Source: Terriglobia bacterium (GTDB taxonomy: Bacteria > Acidobacteriota > Terriglobia > 20CM-2-55-15). Taken from it: a stretch of DNA of 64,000 bases. The position numbers and the translations under genes are program-made. Location: the NCBI GenBank assembly GCA_963664115.2, contig CAXWPJ010000009.1, positions 1,088,001-1,152,000 of the forward strand, in the 5' to 3' direction. How positions within the stretch are numbered: position 1 is the stretch's first letter; every line of letters starts with the position of its first letter. Under the pieces are notes generated by a model. It did no database searches. It had not been told where the DNA came from and saw nothing but the letters and a program-made list of their open reading frames with translations. Positions 1 to 10,598 of this stretch are shown here, in pieces.

Positions 1-154
1 GCAACATCACTATTACCGCGACAGCAAAGATCAGGACAATGATTTGTTTGCGCATTGATCGTAGCTCCATAAGCTCAATAATTAGCGTGAGGTTTGAGTG
101 CGATCTCGCCCCTCACATGGGTTCGCGTGTCCAACGGGGTGTTGGGGGTCGAAA

Positions 155-571
155 CTAGGGAGCACGGACACCGCCGCGTCGTGCCGATAAATCCACCGAG
201 ACGCTGCCGTCCACAGTCTCGATCTTTATGACCAGGCCGTGGGGCGTCCCGCTCGCCGCGGGCAGAGTGGTCACCAGGACTTCATCACCGGGCTTGAAAG
301 CACTACGACTCATACCCTCGCTCATCATCGTTTGCGCGGAAGAAAACTCGCCCATCCACCGGACGACATCACCGCTGTCGCCGGTCACATCGTAAACGAC
401 AAAAACGTGTGGATTTCTCCACATCACCTCCGCGACGACGCCTTGAATCGTCACGATTGAGTCGTCCGAGCCATAGCCTGAGCGTCCATGGTGCGCCAGA
501 ACCGTGGTGCTCAACGATGAGCACACCACCAACGTACACGCCGTCAGTGCCAGTCTTCTAAGAGACTTCAT
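155..571 (-). CDS. DUF6152 family secreted protein
   Basis: Signal peptide, then AHH, GVVAEVMWRNPHV motif and W..E...GD.V.V pattern; paralog of five other copies in the window. Confidence 0.8.
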   Translation of the reverse strand: MKSLRRLALTACTLVVCSSLSTTVLAHHGRSGYGSDDSIVTIQGVVAEVMWRNPHVFVVYDVTGDSGDVVRWMGEFSSAQTMMSEGMSRSAFKPGDEVLVTTLPAASGTPHGLVIKIETVDGSVSVDLSARRGGVRAP

Positions 572-910
572 GCGTTACCTCCAAAATGTCTGTATCGAAC
601 CGCGCCGATTGCGGTTTCTCACTTAACTACTAAACTATTTATTCACTTATCGTTCGGCATGCTGTTAGCGAATCGAGGATCAGATAGCGCCACTATACCC
701 CACGGCAAGAGGCGATGTAAAAAGTTTTCACGACCCTTCAGGGGAGCGTTAAAGTGAATGATTTTCTAGACCTGATGCGCTCTTCACAGATTGGCAATCG
801 GCATTTAGGCGCTTCAATCCATGTAATTCCATGTGGAAGGCGGGCACGAGACGGACTCGATTGTTACACCACCGGGCACGAACGCTTTAATCGGCCCGAA
901 TAAGCCCAAA

Positions 911-947
911 GAAAAACCCCGATCGCGCCTGCAATCGGGGTTTCTCG
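911..947. terminator. Hairpin, probable intrinsic terminator of 968..1828
   Basis: GAAAAAACCCCGAT...ATCGGGGTTTCTC inverted repeat just past the stop codon. Confidence 0.6.
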
Positions 948-967
948 AGTGTCTTAACTTCCACGCG

Positions 968-1828
968 TTATTCGTTGACGATACCGCCGGCCGGGTCGCG
1001 GACATTTTCATTAAAATAGAGCTCATCCATTGGCGCGCAGAATATTTCTCGGAGTTCGTGTGCCTGCCGTTCCCAGACTTTCGTCGTACTGACCCATGGA
1101 CGCGTATACGAGGTGGGATCTTCGACACGGTAGACGGATTCGAGCGTATCCCGCCCCACACGCCGCCAGCGCTCCTCGAGGTGCATATCAGTGCTGTAAA
1201 CGTTGCCATACTGATCGAGCCAGGCCCTGTCATCGAAACCGGTCGTTTCGATCACGAGCGTGTCATCCTCCCAACGACCTACCGAATATCCGTTCCACCG
1301 GGGTTCGGGATTTATTGGAAGCGCCCTTCCGTCCATCCAGATGTTGCGTGTACTGCCCTGGCTTTGGAAAGTCATCAGCATCCGGTCGCCGGAGGCAGTG
1401 TGGATGAACTCAGAGGGGTTCGTGTACATGAAGAGGCGTAACAGTCCCTTCGGGTTGCACCCCATGATGGGATCGTTTCCGAACGCAGGTTCGACAGCCT
1501 CCTTACCGTCGTGCGGGCGGCCGGTCATTCGGCTGAGGTAGACTTCTTGAGCCCGGGGGGTCCTGGGAGGGATTTCCGACTCTACGGTCAAACTGCGGAA
1601 GCCGTTCGTGCCCCGGTGATTGGTCACCCAGACGCCGGAAAAGTCCTGTGCGTCAAACGGTTCGTTGGGATCGAGTGGCGGCAGTTCAGGCCGGGGACCC
1701 TCCGCCTGATAACCCCAATTCGAAATTTTTGCCCCTGATGGCTGCTCACCTTGAGCGAAGGTCATCGACGCGAACACCAGCAACGCCACCACAACAACTA
1801 CTGACTGAAAAATAGAACGATGTCGCAT
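968..1828 (-). CDS. Secreted hypothetical protein, DUF6152 partner family A
   Basis: Signal peptide; GYSVGRWEDDTLVIETTGF, HLEERWRR and EDP..YTRPW motifs; homologous to 28210..29319. Confidence 0.8.
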   Translation of the reverse strand: MRHRSIFQSVVVVVALLVFASMTFAQGEQPSGAKISNWGYQAEGPRPELPPLDPNEPFDAQDFSGVWVTNHRGTNGFRSLTVESEIPPRTPRAQEVYLSRMTGRPHDGKEAVEPAFGNDPIMGCNPKGLLRLFMYTNPSEFIHTASGDRMLMTFQSQGSTRNIWMDGRALPINPEPRWNGYSVGRWEDDTLVIETTGFDDRAWLDQYGNVYSTDMHLEERWRRVGRDTLESVYRVEDPTSYTRPWVSTTKVWERQAHELREIFCAPMDELYFNENVRDPAGGIVNE

Positions 1829-1935
1829 TTGAAAAACTCCTTAGTCTTCGCTTCCTTCCGTTGGGATTCTATTTGAAAATCCAGTGTCGTCAGCAAGCAG
1901 GGTGTTGGACAGAACCATCGTTGTGGGTGGTAAGT

Positions 1936-2349
1936 TTACCTCGTTCGATTCTCTCCGAATATTGCTTCGCCCTCTTCATTTACGATGCTCCGCAACAGCC
2001 CAACCGGCGTGCCGGCGCGGGAGGGGGACATCGTCACAGTAACTACGGTCCCTGGCATTAAGGCCTCCTCCGAGCGGCTCTTGTTCCAGCCTCTCAGGGC
2101 CAGGGTGTAGGGAGTTGGACCTGTTTCGAGTGTCCAATTCGTAACCTTACCCGACTCGCCCGTTACGTCAACAAAAATTGGAGGATGGGGATTGATATAC
2201 CTGAAACCCGTCACGACGCCCTCTACGGTAACCGTGACCGTCCTGTCGTAGGAAATATTGGTTCCGTGATGAGCCAGTGTTGGCACCGAGGCCACCACCA
2301 GACACACCATCAGCGAAACCAGCACCGACGCTTTCTTCCTGTCAAACAT
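1936..2349 (-). CDS. DUF6152 family secreted protein
   Basis: AHHG..SYD, VEGVVT, INPH, W.LE motifs. Confidence 0.8.
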   Translation of the reverse strand: MFDRKKASVLVSLMVCLVVASVPTLAHHGTNISYDRTVTVTVEGVVTGFRYINPHPPIFVDVTGESGKVTNWTLETGPTPYTLALRGWNKSRSEEALMPGTVVTVTMSPSRAGTPVGLLRSIVNEEGEAIFGENRTR

Positions 2350-2653
2350 TTCGATTAAAACTCAGTCTGAAGCGAACGACTTCTATAAATCTCAAGTAAC
2401 AGCTCTTGCCTCTTTCGCCTGTCACCACACTATGTCTGGCTCCGGAATCTGTCAAGGCTGAAGCCGGTTCCGGGTTGTGGGATTTCCACCACCGGCAGAA
2501 ATCAATACCCGGTTGGAGACAAACTGTTAAAGGCGCGTTCTTTCATGACTTGGGAATCGGACACGGCAGGTTGATCGATCCACGCGGTACTAGCACAGGT
2601 TCGACCTGTGGGCCTTCAGTTGACAGTACCTGCAAGATCCCTCTAAGCCAAAG

Positions 2654-3682
2654 TTAGCGAGCTGCCCTCCACGCCAACTGTGCATCCAGACATTCACCAA
2701 CAACAGTCAGGTAGCGGTCGATGGCATTCGTATTTACATAAGGATGAGGATCACCAGGCCTTCGCAGTCCCAATGCGCGGGCCTTCTCCGCTTCTTGATC
2801 GTACAGCGAACGGACCGACAAAAAGACATCCACATTGGCCTGCGCTCTAATGTCCCGCAAACGATTGACCGATCCTCTATAGGTTCTCAAGGCTTCCTCG
2901 TCACTTGAAAAATATACAACTCCCTGCTCCACGGAGTCCCAATCCCGACCCCCAATCAAGACGCCGACATGCTGCTGACTTCCTTCCCTGAGGGGAACCA
3001 GAGTGGAAAGCGTGCCTGGAGAGTTCCCCGGCGTTACATAGAGTGTCAGCGTCGTATCACCGAGCGTCAGTGTCTGACCATCCGTCACCACAAGGTCTTT
3101 CCTGGGTTTGAGCCGCTCGGGAACTTCTGGCGTCGCCTCCACAACATTCCAATCGGCTTCCGACAGCATGATTTGCGAACCGTAACGGTCCTGAAAAAAT
3201 TTGGCCGCCCCATAATGCCGCACATCTGGTGTGTGTATGATGATGTACTTGACGTTCGCCGGATCGAGACCCATTTTCTCCAGTCCTTCGACAACTGCTT
3301 CGGCAGCGTAGTCCCTTCCCGAATTGAGCAGAATGATTCCCTCAGACGTCGTGATCGCCCAGACATAAAAGCTGGTACCGACGTTGAACAGGTTGTCGAA
3401 GACCTTCACCGGCTCGACATACCATTCCGATCGCTCCGGTACCGGTTGGGCCACACTGTTGGCGGGCCTCGCCGCTCTCGGTGGCCCCGGCTCAGGCGGC
3501 TCCCACTCCTCACAAAGCAGTTCGAAGGTGGGTGTCAAATCGTAGAGTCCCGGTTCGGACGCCGCGGCTCTCGCTGCCTCCACATGGGCCTGAGCCTGAC
3601 TGTCTTGCCCAATCGCCTCAATTGCGATCCAGCCGGCCAATAGAGGAATGCAACAGAATAGGCAAATCAAATAGCGTCTCAT
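2654..3682 (-). CDS. Secreted MBL-fold protein (B3 beta-lactamase-like) with degenerate metal ligands
   Basis: EPVKVFDNLF.VG, ITTSEGIIL and DGQTLTLGDT..TPG motifs; HxHxDH reads HTPDVRH; start chosen at MRRYL behind GAGAGGG. Confidence 0.7.
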   Translation of the reverse strand: MRRYLICLFCCIPLLAGWIAIEAIGQDSQAQAHVEAARAAASEPGLYDLTPTFELLCEEWEPPEPGPPRAARPANSVAQPVPERSEWYVEPVKVFDNLFNVGTSFYVWAITTSEGIILLNSGRDYAAEAVVEGLEKMGLDPANVKYIIIHTPDVRHYGAAKFFQDRYGSQIMLSEADWNVVEATPEVPERLKPRKDLVVTDGQTLTLGDTTLTLYVTPGNSPGTLSTLVPLREGSQQHVGVLIGGRDWDSVEQGVVYFSSDEEALRTYRGSVNRLRDIRAQANVDVFLSVRSLYDQEAEKARALGLRRPGDPHPYVNTNAIDRYLTVVGECLDAQLAWRAAR

Positions 3683-4447
3683 ACCCTCTCTCCCTGGCCG
3701 GTCCGCCAGTCTGTTCGCGAATTGATCGAATGTCGTTTTCATTGTGTTCCCCTAACTGTCTCGATGTCCCAACGCAGGAAACGAGGAATTTCAGGCAACG
3801 CTGCGGTCCCCATGGGTGTCAGTGGCCTTGTAGATATCTCCCATACCACGGGCACCCCTATGGTCAGCGCCCTGGTTTGGGCCGCGGTTTGTGCTTTCCG
3901 GGAGCGCCAAAAGTGCACGGTCTGTTCTTACAGAAATACTCGGTAAAGAATATTAAAGGAATAAGTTAGAAGCTACAAAATATTAAGAGTCTGTAATTGT
4001 TCAATGATTATGTCACCCGCTAACTGTTCAGTAGGCGTGCAACCCTGCGGGGTTATGGAGACAGCGATCAGGCGGGGCGATCTGGCGTCGTGAGGAGATC
4101 CTGATAGAGATTTGATGACAGAGGAGGCGAATCAATCGGGACCGCCGAGCTCCTCGCGATATTTGAAATCACGATTCACCCAGCGACCCCGCGGCATGAG
4201 TGGTGCCGTCCACATACGTATATCACCGGGAAACCAAAGTGGCCATATTTTTCGGGCGGACAGGTGTCGATTAATTTCGGGAGAATGAGCTTTCGCCCTG
4301 TCCGCTTTGCCTTGTTCACCCTCAGATCCAGGAATATGATTCCGGTGGGCGCGCCTCCAACTTCTTCCGAAGATTGGCGCAGTCCGATGCCTGGCTGACC
4401 CTCTCGGTTTGTCCGGTTGGTTGGCCGGGCCTGTTCAGTGGCTTGGT

Positions 4448-4648
4448 TTACATGGCCCGGCGAAGCCCGGAGTGGTCACCGTCGGATTCTGACGGTTGGT
4501 TACGGCCAGGATAGTACTTGAGTATCAGTGCGTCCCGTCTTGCTTTGGATTCGGCAGAACCGCAGATCTCGAAGCTATAGCCGACCGGTTCGTCCGGCCA
4601 ATTGTACAGCCTGAAGACTTCCGCCTCCATCGGGACGTTCCTAAGCAA
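4448..4648 (-). CDS. Small hypothetical protein, possibly a degenerate GIY-YIG-like protein
   Basis: AGGAG before TTG start; VFRLYN...FE.C...R..LI..Y.P..N pattern. Confidence 0.3.
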   Translation of the reverse strand: MLRNVPMEAEVFRLYNWPDEPVGYSFEICGSAESKARRDALILKYYPGRNQPSESDGDHSGLRRAM

Positions 4649-4723
4649 TTTTCTCCTGAACCTGAAACCATGCGATGGGGACCGTCTTCAGGCAACGTTG
4701 ACGCAACCGGGCCGGGTGTCAGC

Positions 4724-4974
4724 GACCTCGATCATGCGATCGAGCAATGGGTTGAACACTACAACCACCATCGGTATCACGAATCTCTTAACAACGTGAC
4801 ACCGGCAGACGTGTTCTTTGGGAGGTATCAGCAGGTCCTTTCACGTCGTGACCAGATCAAACGAACGACGCTGGCTCAACGCAGGATCGAGAACCTTAGG
4901 ACTGGAGTGGTATAACTTGAAAACCGTCTCTGAGCAAAATGGCCCTTGTGTCCGAATTATTCTGACGACGTACA
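4724..4974 (+). mobile_element. IS3-family relic: C-terminus of orfB and right inverted repeat
   Basis: WVEHYNHHRYHESLNNVTPADVF integrase-core tail; ends ...TCTGACGACGTACA (CA terminus). Confidence 0.8.
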
Positions 4975-4981
4975 GTTGTTT

Positions 4982-5017
4982 AGCGGATTCTGTACGAAAT
5001 GCTCTGACGGGCTACAG
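4982..5017 (-). repeat. Isolated IS3-type terminal repeat, direct copy of 10564..10599
   Basis: AGCGGATTCTGTACGAAATGCTCTGACGGGCTACAG, 35/36 identical to 10564..10599. Confidence 0.85.
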
Positions 5018-5026
5018 AGGCAAACG

Positions 5027-6463
5027 ATGGGCAAGACGATGATGACAGTTGATACCACTGGAACTGGTTTGAAATCGAGAGCTGATGTCCTGGCCATCAT
5101 GGGGGCCTCGCTCCTGATGGCCGTCGTACTCCTGCTGCCGACACCGCAGGCGCTTCCCGCAGAAGGCCAGCGGATGGCCGCGCTTTTTGTGGCGGTCCTG
5201 GTTCTCTGGACCACTGAAGCCTTGCCAATCGCGGTGACGGCGATCCTTGCGCTTGTCCTTCAACCCGTCTTGGGTCTGAGCCCTTTGGGCGTGGCATTCG
5301 CGAACTTCGTCAGCCCGGTATTCTTTTTCGTGATCGCGATGTTCATAATCGCATTTGCGTGGACGAAGTCGGGATTGGCTCAACGATTCGCACTTTGGAT
5401 GATCTCGAGAGCGGGCACCGACGCAAATCGAGTAGTCTACGCCTTTCTCATCGCTACCGGCCTGGTGTCCATGGTCGTCTCCGATGTCCCTACCGCCGCA
5501 ATTTTCATGACGATTGCCTTGGGCATCTTCAAGAAGCTCAAGCTGCAGCCCGGACGCTCGCAATTCGCTAAAGCATTGATGATCGGTATTCCAATCGCCG
5601 CCTTGGTGGGGGGAGTGGGCACCCCTGCCGGAGCCTCGACCAATTTACTGGGCCTTTTCATGATCGAACAAAATGGCGGCCCTCGAATAACGTTTCTGCA
5701 ATGGATGGTGATCGGCATTCCGATGGTCATCATTTTGTTGCCTTTCACGGCATGGGTGTTAACGAAGTTTTTTCCTCCGGAGTTCAAGACGATTGGAGAC
5801 TTGGAAGACATTCACAAAGAGCGGAGACATTTGGGATTGATCAGTCCCGATGAATGGAAGGTGATCGGGATCATGGGGACCATGATTACCTTGTGGATAC
5901 TGAGCACCTGGATCCCAGCGTTTGACACGGTTCTTGTCGGCATGTGCGGAGCCTGCGCGATGTTTCTGCCGGGTATCAATCTCTTCACTTGGAACGAAGT
6001 TCAGAAAGCTACGGGTTGGGACACACTGCTGATGATCGGCGGGGTGACTTCATTGGGTGCCGCCTCCGCTCAAACTGGCCTGGCGCAATGGCTGGTGGAT
6101 TCCTCGCTCGGGGGCCTTCAGGATTGGAACACCGTTTGGATCATCGCCCTGATCAGCACATTCACCGTGGTCATACATCTGATGTTACCGATCAATCCGG
6201 TTATCAATGCCGTATTGATCCCTCCCATCATGGTACTGGCGTCAGTCGCAGGCCAGAACCCAGCGCTGTATGCACTACCCGTTGCTTTCATGGCTTCGTG
6301 TTCCTTCCTCTTGCCGCTGGATGCAGTCCCTTTGGTGACCTATGCGAAAGGCTATTTCAAGATGTTCGATATGTTTCGGCCGGGCGTTGTCATCAGTGTC
6401 GTGTGGGCCATCCTCATGACAGTTTCGGTGATGATCTTCGGGCCAATGCTGGGTCTGATATAA
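5027..6463 (+). CDS. SLC13/DASS family anion:sodium symporter
   Basis: Many TM segments; WTTEALPIAVT, GGVGTPAG.STN and SFLLP motifs; ATG at 5027 behind GAGG. Confidence 0.9.
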   Translation: MGKTMMTVDTTGTGLKSRADVLAIMGASLLMAVVLLLPTPQALPAEGQRMAALFVAVLVLWTTEALPIAVTAILALVLQPVLGLSPLGVAFANFVSPVFFFVIAMFIIAFAWTKSGLAQRFALWMISRAGTDANRVVYAFLIATGLVSMVVSDVPTAAIFMTIALGIFKKLKLQPGRSQFAKALMIGIPIAALVGGVGTPAGASTNLLGLFMIEQNGGPRITFLQWMVIGIPMVIILLPFTAWVLTKFFPPEFKTIGDLEDIHKERRHLGLISPDEWKVIGIMGTMITLWILSTWIPAFDTVLVGMCGACAMFLPGINLFTWNEVQKATGWDTLLMIGGVTSLGAASAQTGLAQWLVDSSLGGLQDWNTVWIIALISTFTVVIHLMLPINPVINAVLIPPIMVLASVAGQNPALYALPVAFMASCSFLLPLDAVPLVTYAKGYFKMFDMFRPGVVISVVWAILMTVSVMIFGPMLGLI

Positions 6464-6501
6464 GAAGTTACTGGAAGTTGAGGACTGAGGAGCTTTTGAC
6501 A

Positions 6502-6876
6502 ATGAGTAAACCGGAAGACTACAAGAAGCGATACGAAGAAATGATTGGCTTCGTTCCGCCGAAAATCGGCAAGCGTATCGAGGTGGCCTATGATATCGAT
6601 CCCGACACCCTTGAGCTGATAGAGAATTGGCGCATGAACGCATTGACGCCCGAGGCACTTGATGCAAAGACGGTTCAACTGATTTGTGTGGCTATCCTCC
6701 TGGTACAGAAATCCGCTGCGACAAAGAACCATGCGTTCGCAGCCAAAAAGGCCGGGGCGACGCGCGAGGAATTGCATTCAGTTGCAGCAATCGCCAACCT
6801 GTTCGGCGGAATTGCCGCCTACAATCACGCGGGCGAAGTAATTGAGGCTGTCTTTGATGAAACAGAGACACCATAG
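6502..6876 (+). CDS. Carboxymuconolactone decarboxylase/AhpD family protein
   Basis: ALDAKTVQLI...HA.AAKKAGATREEL; GAGGAG upstream. Confidence 0.85.
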   Translation: MSKPEDYKKRYEEMIGFVPPKIGKRIEVAYDIDPDTLELIENWRMNALTPEALDAKTVQLICVAILLVQKSAATKNHAFAAKKAGATREELHSVAAIANLFGGIAAYNHAGEVIEAVFDETETP

Positions 6877-7075
6877 GTGATCCGCTGTCCGGACGGCTGG
6901 GGGATGCGGAACTCAATACCAGTACAACGTCGATGTTATCCGACGATTACCCTGACATGGATATTGCGGATGCCGACAAATCCAGTGTGCAATAGGTGCG
7001 AGGAAGGAACAGAGCGGAGCCAGCTTAGTTTGCTTGATCTGTTCACGACGTGAAAGGATGCGTGTGTCAGCCCCA

Positions 7076-8602
7076 CTAACCCAGCGTCGGCATGTCTAAA
7101 TTGGGTGTCGGGGTTTCCGTGTCCGTCCACCGCGTGGTAACGACCTTGGTGCGGGTGTAGAAGTGGACGCCCTCCATTCCGTAGGTGTGCGTGTCGCCGA
7201 AGAATGAATTCTTCCAGCCACCGAAAGAATAAAATGCCATCGGCACGGGGATCGCGATGTTGACCCCGACCATGCCGACTTGGATCTCGTTTTCGAAACG
7301 CCTGGCCGCCCCGCCTGAACCGGTAAAAATCGCAGTCCCGTTGCCATACGGATTCGCGTTGACCAGTTCGATTGCCTCTTCCAATGTGTTGACACGCAGT
7401 ATGAGAAGGATAGGCCCAAAAATCTCGTCTTTGTAGATCGTCATTTCCGGCGTCACATGGTCAAACAACGTGGGGCCAAGATAAAAGCCGGACTCGAGGC
7501 CCGCCACCTCGTGACGACGTCCGTCCTTGACTAAAGTGGCACGTTCCTGCTCACCAATGTCAATATAGCCCTTCACCCTGTCGTGGTGTGCCTTTGTAAC
7601 CAGTGGTCCCATATCGATGCCCACCTCATCGCCCGGTCCGACCTTGATCCCGTCGGCCTTGGTTTTGAGCAAGGACACCAGAGGGTCGGCGGCCGCACCC
7701 ACCGCCACCACCGCCGAGATCGCCATGCAGCGCTCGCCCGCCGAGCCATAAGCGGCCCCTATCAGTGCGTTGGCTGTGAATTCCAAGTCGGCGTCGGGCA
7801 GCACTACGGCGTGGTTCTTAGCCCCGCCGAGTGCCTGCACCCGCTTACCGTTCTTGGCGGAAGTCTCATAGATGTGCTTGGCAATAGGCGTCGAGCCTAC
7901 GAAAGACACGGCGTCGACTCCGGGATGGTTTAGTATGGCGTCCACCGCCTCCTTGTCGCCGTGCACAACATTGAACACGCCGTCGGGAAGCCCCGCCTCC
8001 TTGAACAAGTCGGCAATCTTCATCGAAACCGAGGGGTCTTTCTCTGAAGGCTTCAGGATAAATGTGTTGCCGCAGGCAATCGCCATTGGGAACATCCATA
8101 AAGGAACCATCACCGGAAAATTGAATGGAGTGATGCCGGCACACACACCGACCGACTGGCGCAGAGTGTGACAATCCACACCGGTGCCAACCTTCTCGGA
8201 ATACTCGCCTTTCAGCAGATGTGGAATCCCACAGGCAAACTCCACTACTTCGATTCCGCGCGCCACGCTGCCCATGGCGTCGGGCAAGGTCTTTCCATGC
8301 TCTTCTGTTACCAGACCAGCCAGTTCCCCTTGATGGGCCTGCAGCAGTGAGAGGAAACGTTGCATGGTTCGCCCTCGTTTAAGCAGCGAGGTGTCCCGCC
8401 ATGCAGGAAACGCGGCTTGGGCGGCCTTGACGGCTGCATCCACGTCGGCGGCGTTGCTCATCGGAACGAGGCGAATCACTGTCCCGTTCGCCGGATTCGT
8501 GATTTCCCCCCTACGGGTGCTTTCCCCGGCCACCGGCTTGCCTGCAATCCACAACCGAATTGTCTCTGTCGTCACGTGTTTGTTGGTAAGCGCACTCGTC
8601 AT
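7076..8602 (-). CDS. mmsA: CoA-acylating methylmalonate-semialdehyde dehydrogenase
   Basis: GITPFNFP, LKPSEKDP, SFVGST, GAKNH, GERCMA, EIFGP, VGVNIAIPVP. Confidence 0.93.
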   Translation of the reverse strand: MTSALTNKHVTTETIRLWIAGKPVAGESTRRGEITNPANGTVIRLVPMSNAADVDAAVKAAQAAFPAWRDTSLLKRGRTMQRFLSLLQAHQGELAGLVTEEHGKTLPDAMGSVARGIEVVEFACGIPHLLKGEYSEKVGTGVDCHTLRQSVGVCAGITPFNFPVMVPLWMFPMAIACGNTFILKPSEKDPSVSMKIADLFKEAGLPDGVFNVVHGDKEAVDAILNHPGVDAVSFVGSTPIAKHIYETSAKNGKRVQALGGAKNHAVVLPDADLEFTANALIGAAYGSAGERCMAISAVVAVGAAADPLVSLLKTKADGIKVGPGDEVGIDMGPLVTKAHHDRVKGYIDIGEQERATLVKDGRRHEVAGLESGFYLGPTLFDHVTPEMTIYKDEIFGPILLILRVNTLEEAIELVNANPYGNGTAIFTGSGGAARRFENEIQVGMVGVNIAIPVPMAFYSFGGWKNSFFGDTHTYGMEGVHFYTRTKVVTTRWTDTETPTPNLDMPTLG

Positions 8603-8683
8603 GATTGCTCCTCACCTGTACGGACTGTGGTCGGCAAGGAAAGCGGCTCTTCCCTATCGATCACCACTCCCGAGGCAGTCGAA

Positions 8684-9451
8684 TCACAAAGCCTTGAACT
8701 TGGTAGCCAGATTCTGGGTCTCACGCGCCAGAATGGCGGTATCTAAGCCAACCGCGACAAACTGGCAGCCCAGCTCAAGCCAGTGCCTGGCATCGGCCTC
8801 GACCCCCGTCAGAATGCCGGACGCTTTCCCAGCCTTGCGGATGCGCCGGATCGCGTCGTCAATGACAGGCTTCACCTTGGGATTGGCAGTTTCGCCACGA
8901 TACCCCAAAGAGGCGTGCAAATCGGCCGGGCCGATGAATACCCCATCGACACCGTCCACGGCGGTAATTTCGTCCAGGTTGTCGATGCCGGACTGCGTCT
9001 CGATCTGCACCAGCACACAAAGCTCCTCATGGGCGCGCTTGTGGTAATCTTTGACGCGACCGAAACGGTTCGCACGCACCGACCCCGCGATACCCCGCAC
9101 CCCCTCAGGCGGATAGCGTGTAAAGGCCACCGCGTTCCGCGCCTCCTCCGCACTCTGCACATAGGGTATCAGCAAGCTCTGAGCACCGATATCCAGGAAG
9201 CGCTTGATCATGACCATGTCGTTCCAAGGAACGCGGACGACAGGATGGGTGGGGTAGGGCGCGATGGCCTGCAACTGCGTAAAGACCATGTCGAGTTCGT
9301 TGGGTGAGTGTTCGGTGTCGAACAGCAGCCAATCGAATCCCGAACCCGCCAACAATTCGACTGAATAGTGGCTGGCAAGACTGGACCACAGGCCGATTTG
9401 GCGTTCTCCTTCCTGGAGGGCGCGTTTGAACGTGTTGACGGGAAGATCCAC
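8684..9451 (-). CDS. hpcH: HpcH/HpaI class II aldolase
   Basis: GFDWLLFDTEHSPN, VQIET, DGVFIGPADL. Confidence 0.9.
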   Translation of the reverse strand: MDLPVNTFKRALQEGERQIGLWSSLASHYSVELLAGSGFDWLLFDTEHSPNELDMVFTQLQAIAPYPTHPVVRVPWNDMVMIKRFLDIGAQSLLIPYVQSAEEARNAVAFTRYPPEGVRGIAGSVRANRFGRVKDYHKRAHEELCVLVQIETQSGIDNLDEITAVDGVDGVFIGPADLHASLGYRGETANPKVKPVIDDAIRRIRKAGKASGILTGVEADARHWLELGCQFVAVGLDTAILARETQNLATKFKAL

Positions 9452-9510
9452 TATTTCTCGCTCCTTAGATAACGACTTCGTGCCCCACCGAAGGTGAGCT
9501 CGGGTAATTC

Positions 9511-10293
9511 TTACACGAACTGGACAGTGACACTGCCCATCGTGCCGAAATCGGCGTTCACGGTATCGCCTTTTTCCGCCCAGACGGGGCGTGTGAAGGA
9601 GCCGGAAAGCAAGATCTGGCCGGCCTCGAGGCCAACGCCGAACCGGCCGAACTTGTTGGCCAACCAGGCAACGCCCATGGCTGGGTGGCCAAGCACGCCT
9701 GCCGCGACGCCGGTTTCCTCAATCTCGGAGTTTAGATACAAAAGTCCACTCACCCAGCGCAAATCCACGTCCATCGGACCTACCGGGCGCCCGCCCAAAA
9801 CAATACCGGAGGCTGCCCCATTGTCTGAGATGGTGTCGAAGATCAGGCGCCGGTCCTGGATACGCGCGTCGATGATTTCGATGGCGGGAACAACATATTC
9901 AGTGGCACGCAAGACGTCCAACAGTCCGACTCCCGGCCCTTTCAGCGGTTTGCCCAACACGAAGGCGAGCTCAATTTCGGCACGCGGGACACAGTGTTTG
10001 TCCCGCTCTAATTTGGCCCCATCTTGGAGCATCATGGAGTCGAGAAGGTGGCCGTAGTCCGGCTCATCGATCTGCGAGGACCGCTGCATGGCCTTGGAGG
10101 TCAGGCCAATCTTGTAGCCGATGATCTTCGATCCGGCAGCGACCTTCTGCCCGATCCACTCGCTCTGAACGGCATACGCGTCTTCGATGGTCATGTCCGG
10201 CCACGTCTTCGTGAGTTGGGGGATCTGTTTGCACGCCTTTTCCGCGCCGCTCAGCAGTTCAACGGCCCTCTTGCGATCAGTTTCCGAAAGCAT
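9511..10293 (-). CDS. hpcG: 2-oxo-hept-4-ene-1,7-dioate hydratase
   Basis: GYKIGLTSKAMQ..SQIDEPDYG, DTISDN, EETGVAAGVLGHP, SGSFTRPV. Confidence 0.9.
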   Translation of the reverse strand: MLSETDRKRAVELLSGAEKACKQIPQLTKTWPDMTIEDAYAVQSEWIGQKVAAGSKIIGYKIGLTSKAMQRSSQIDEPDYGHLLDSMMLQDGAKLERDKHCVPRAEIELAFVLGKPLKGPGVGLLDVLRATEYVVPAIEIIDARIQDRRLIFDTISDNGAASGIVLGGRPVGPMDVDLRWVSGLLYLNSEIEETGVAAGVLGHPAMGVAWLANKFGRFGVGLEAGQILLSGSFTRPVWAEKGDTVNADFGTMGSVTVQFV

Positions 10294-10409
10294 TCCTGTT
10301 CCTTTCCTTATCGGACAACGACTCTACCCACAACGAGAGTGAAGTCAGAATTGACGATTGGTTGTTCTAAAGACAAAAGCGGTCTCAAATATTTCTGCCA
10401 ACACCTGAA

Positions 10410-10598
10410 CTTGCGACCTCGCAGCCCTTCCAACACGATCCGGACCTTCTTCTCGGACGAGTACTTCTTTCGAGTCTTTCGACGGATTTCTCACACTCGA
10501 TCTTCTGCAGACACTTTTTCCTTCACTCGATCCTCCGATCAGGAAAGTGTCTCTTAGTTTTTCAGCGGATTCTGTACGAAATGCTTTGACGGGCTACA
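10410..10598 (-). mobile_element. IS3-family relic: left inverted repeat and broken orfA start
   Basis: Begins TGTAGCCCGTCA on minus strand; translates ..EDRV*EIRRKTRKKYSSEKKVRIVLEGLRG. Confidence 0.8.

Noticed and set aside
833-1441. Long antisense and overlapping ORFs (also 2969, 8364, 21156, 62145 and others)
   Set aside because: Shadow frames of real genes in GC-rich DNA, with no motifs or RBS
3750-4440. Long intergenic stretch as possible ncRNA
   Set aside because: No recognisable RNA family or convincing structure by eye; needs an Infernal/Rfam search
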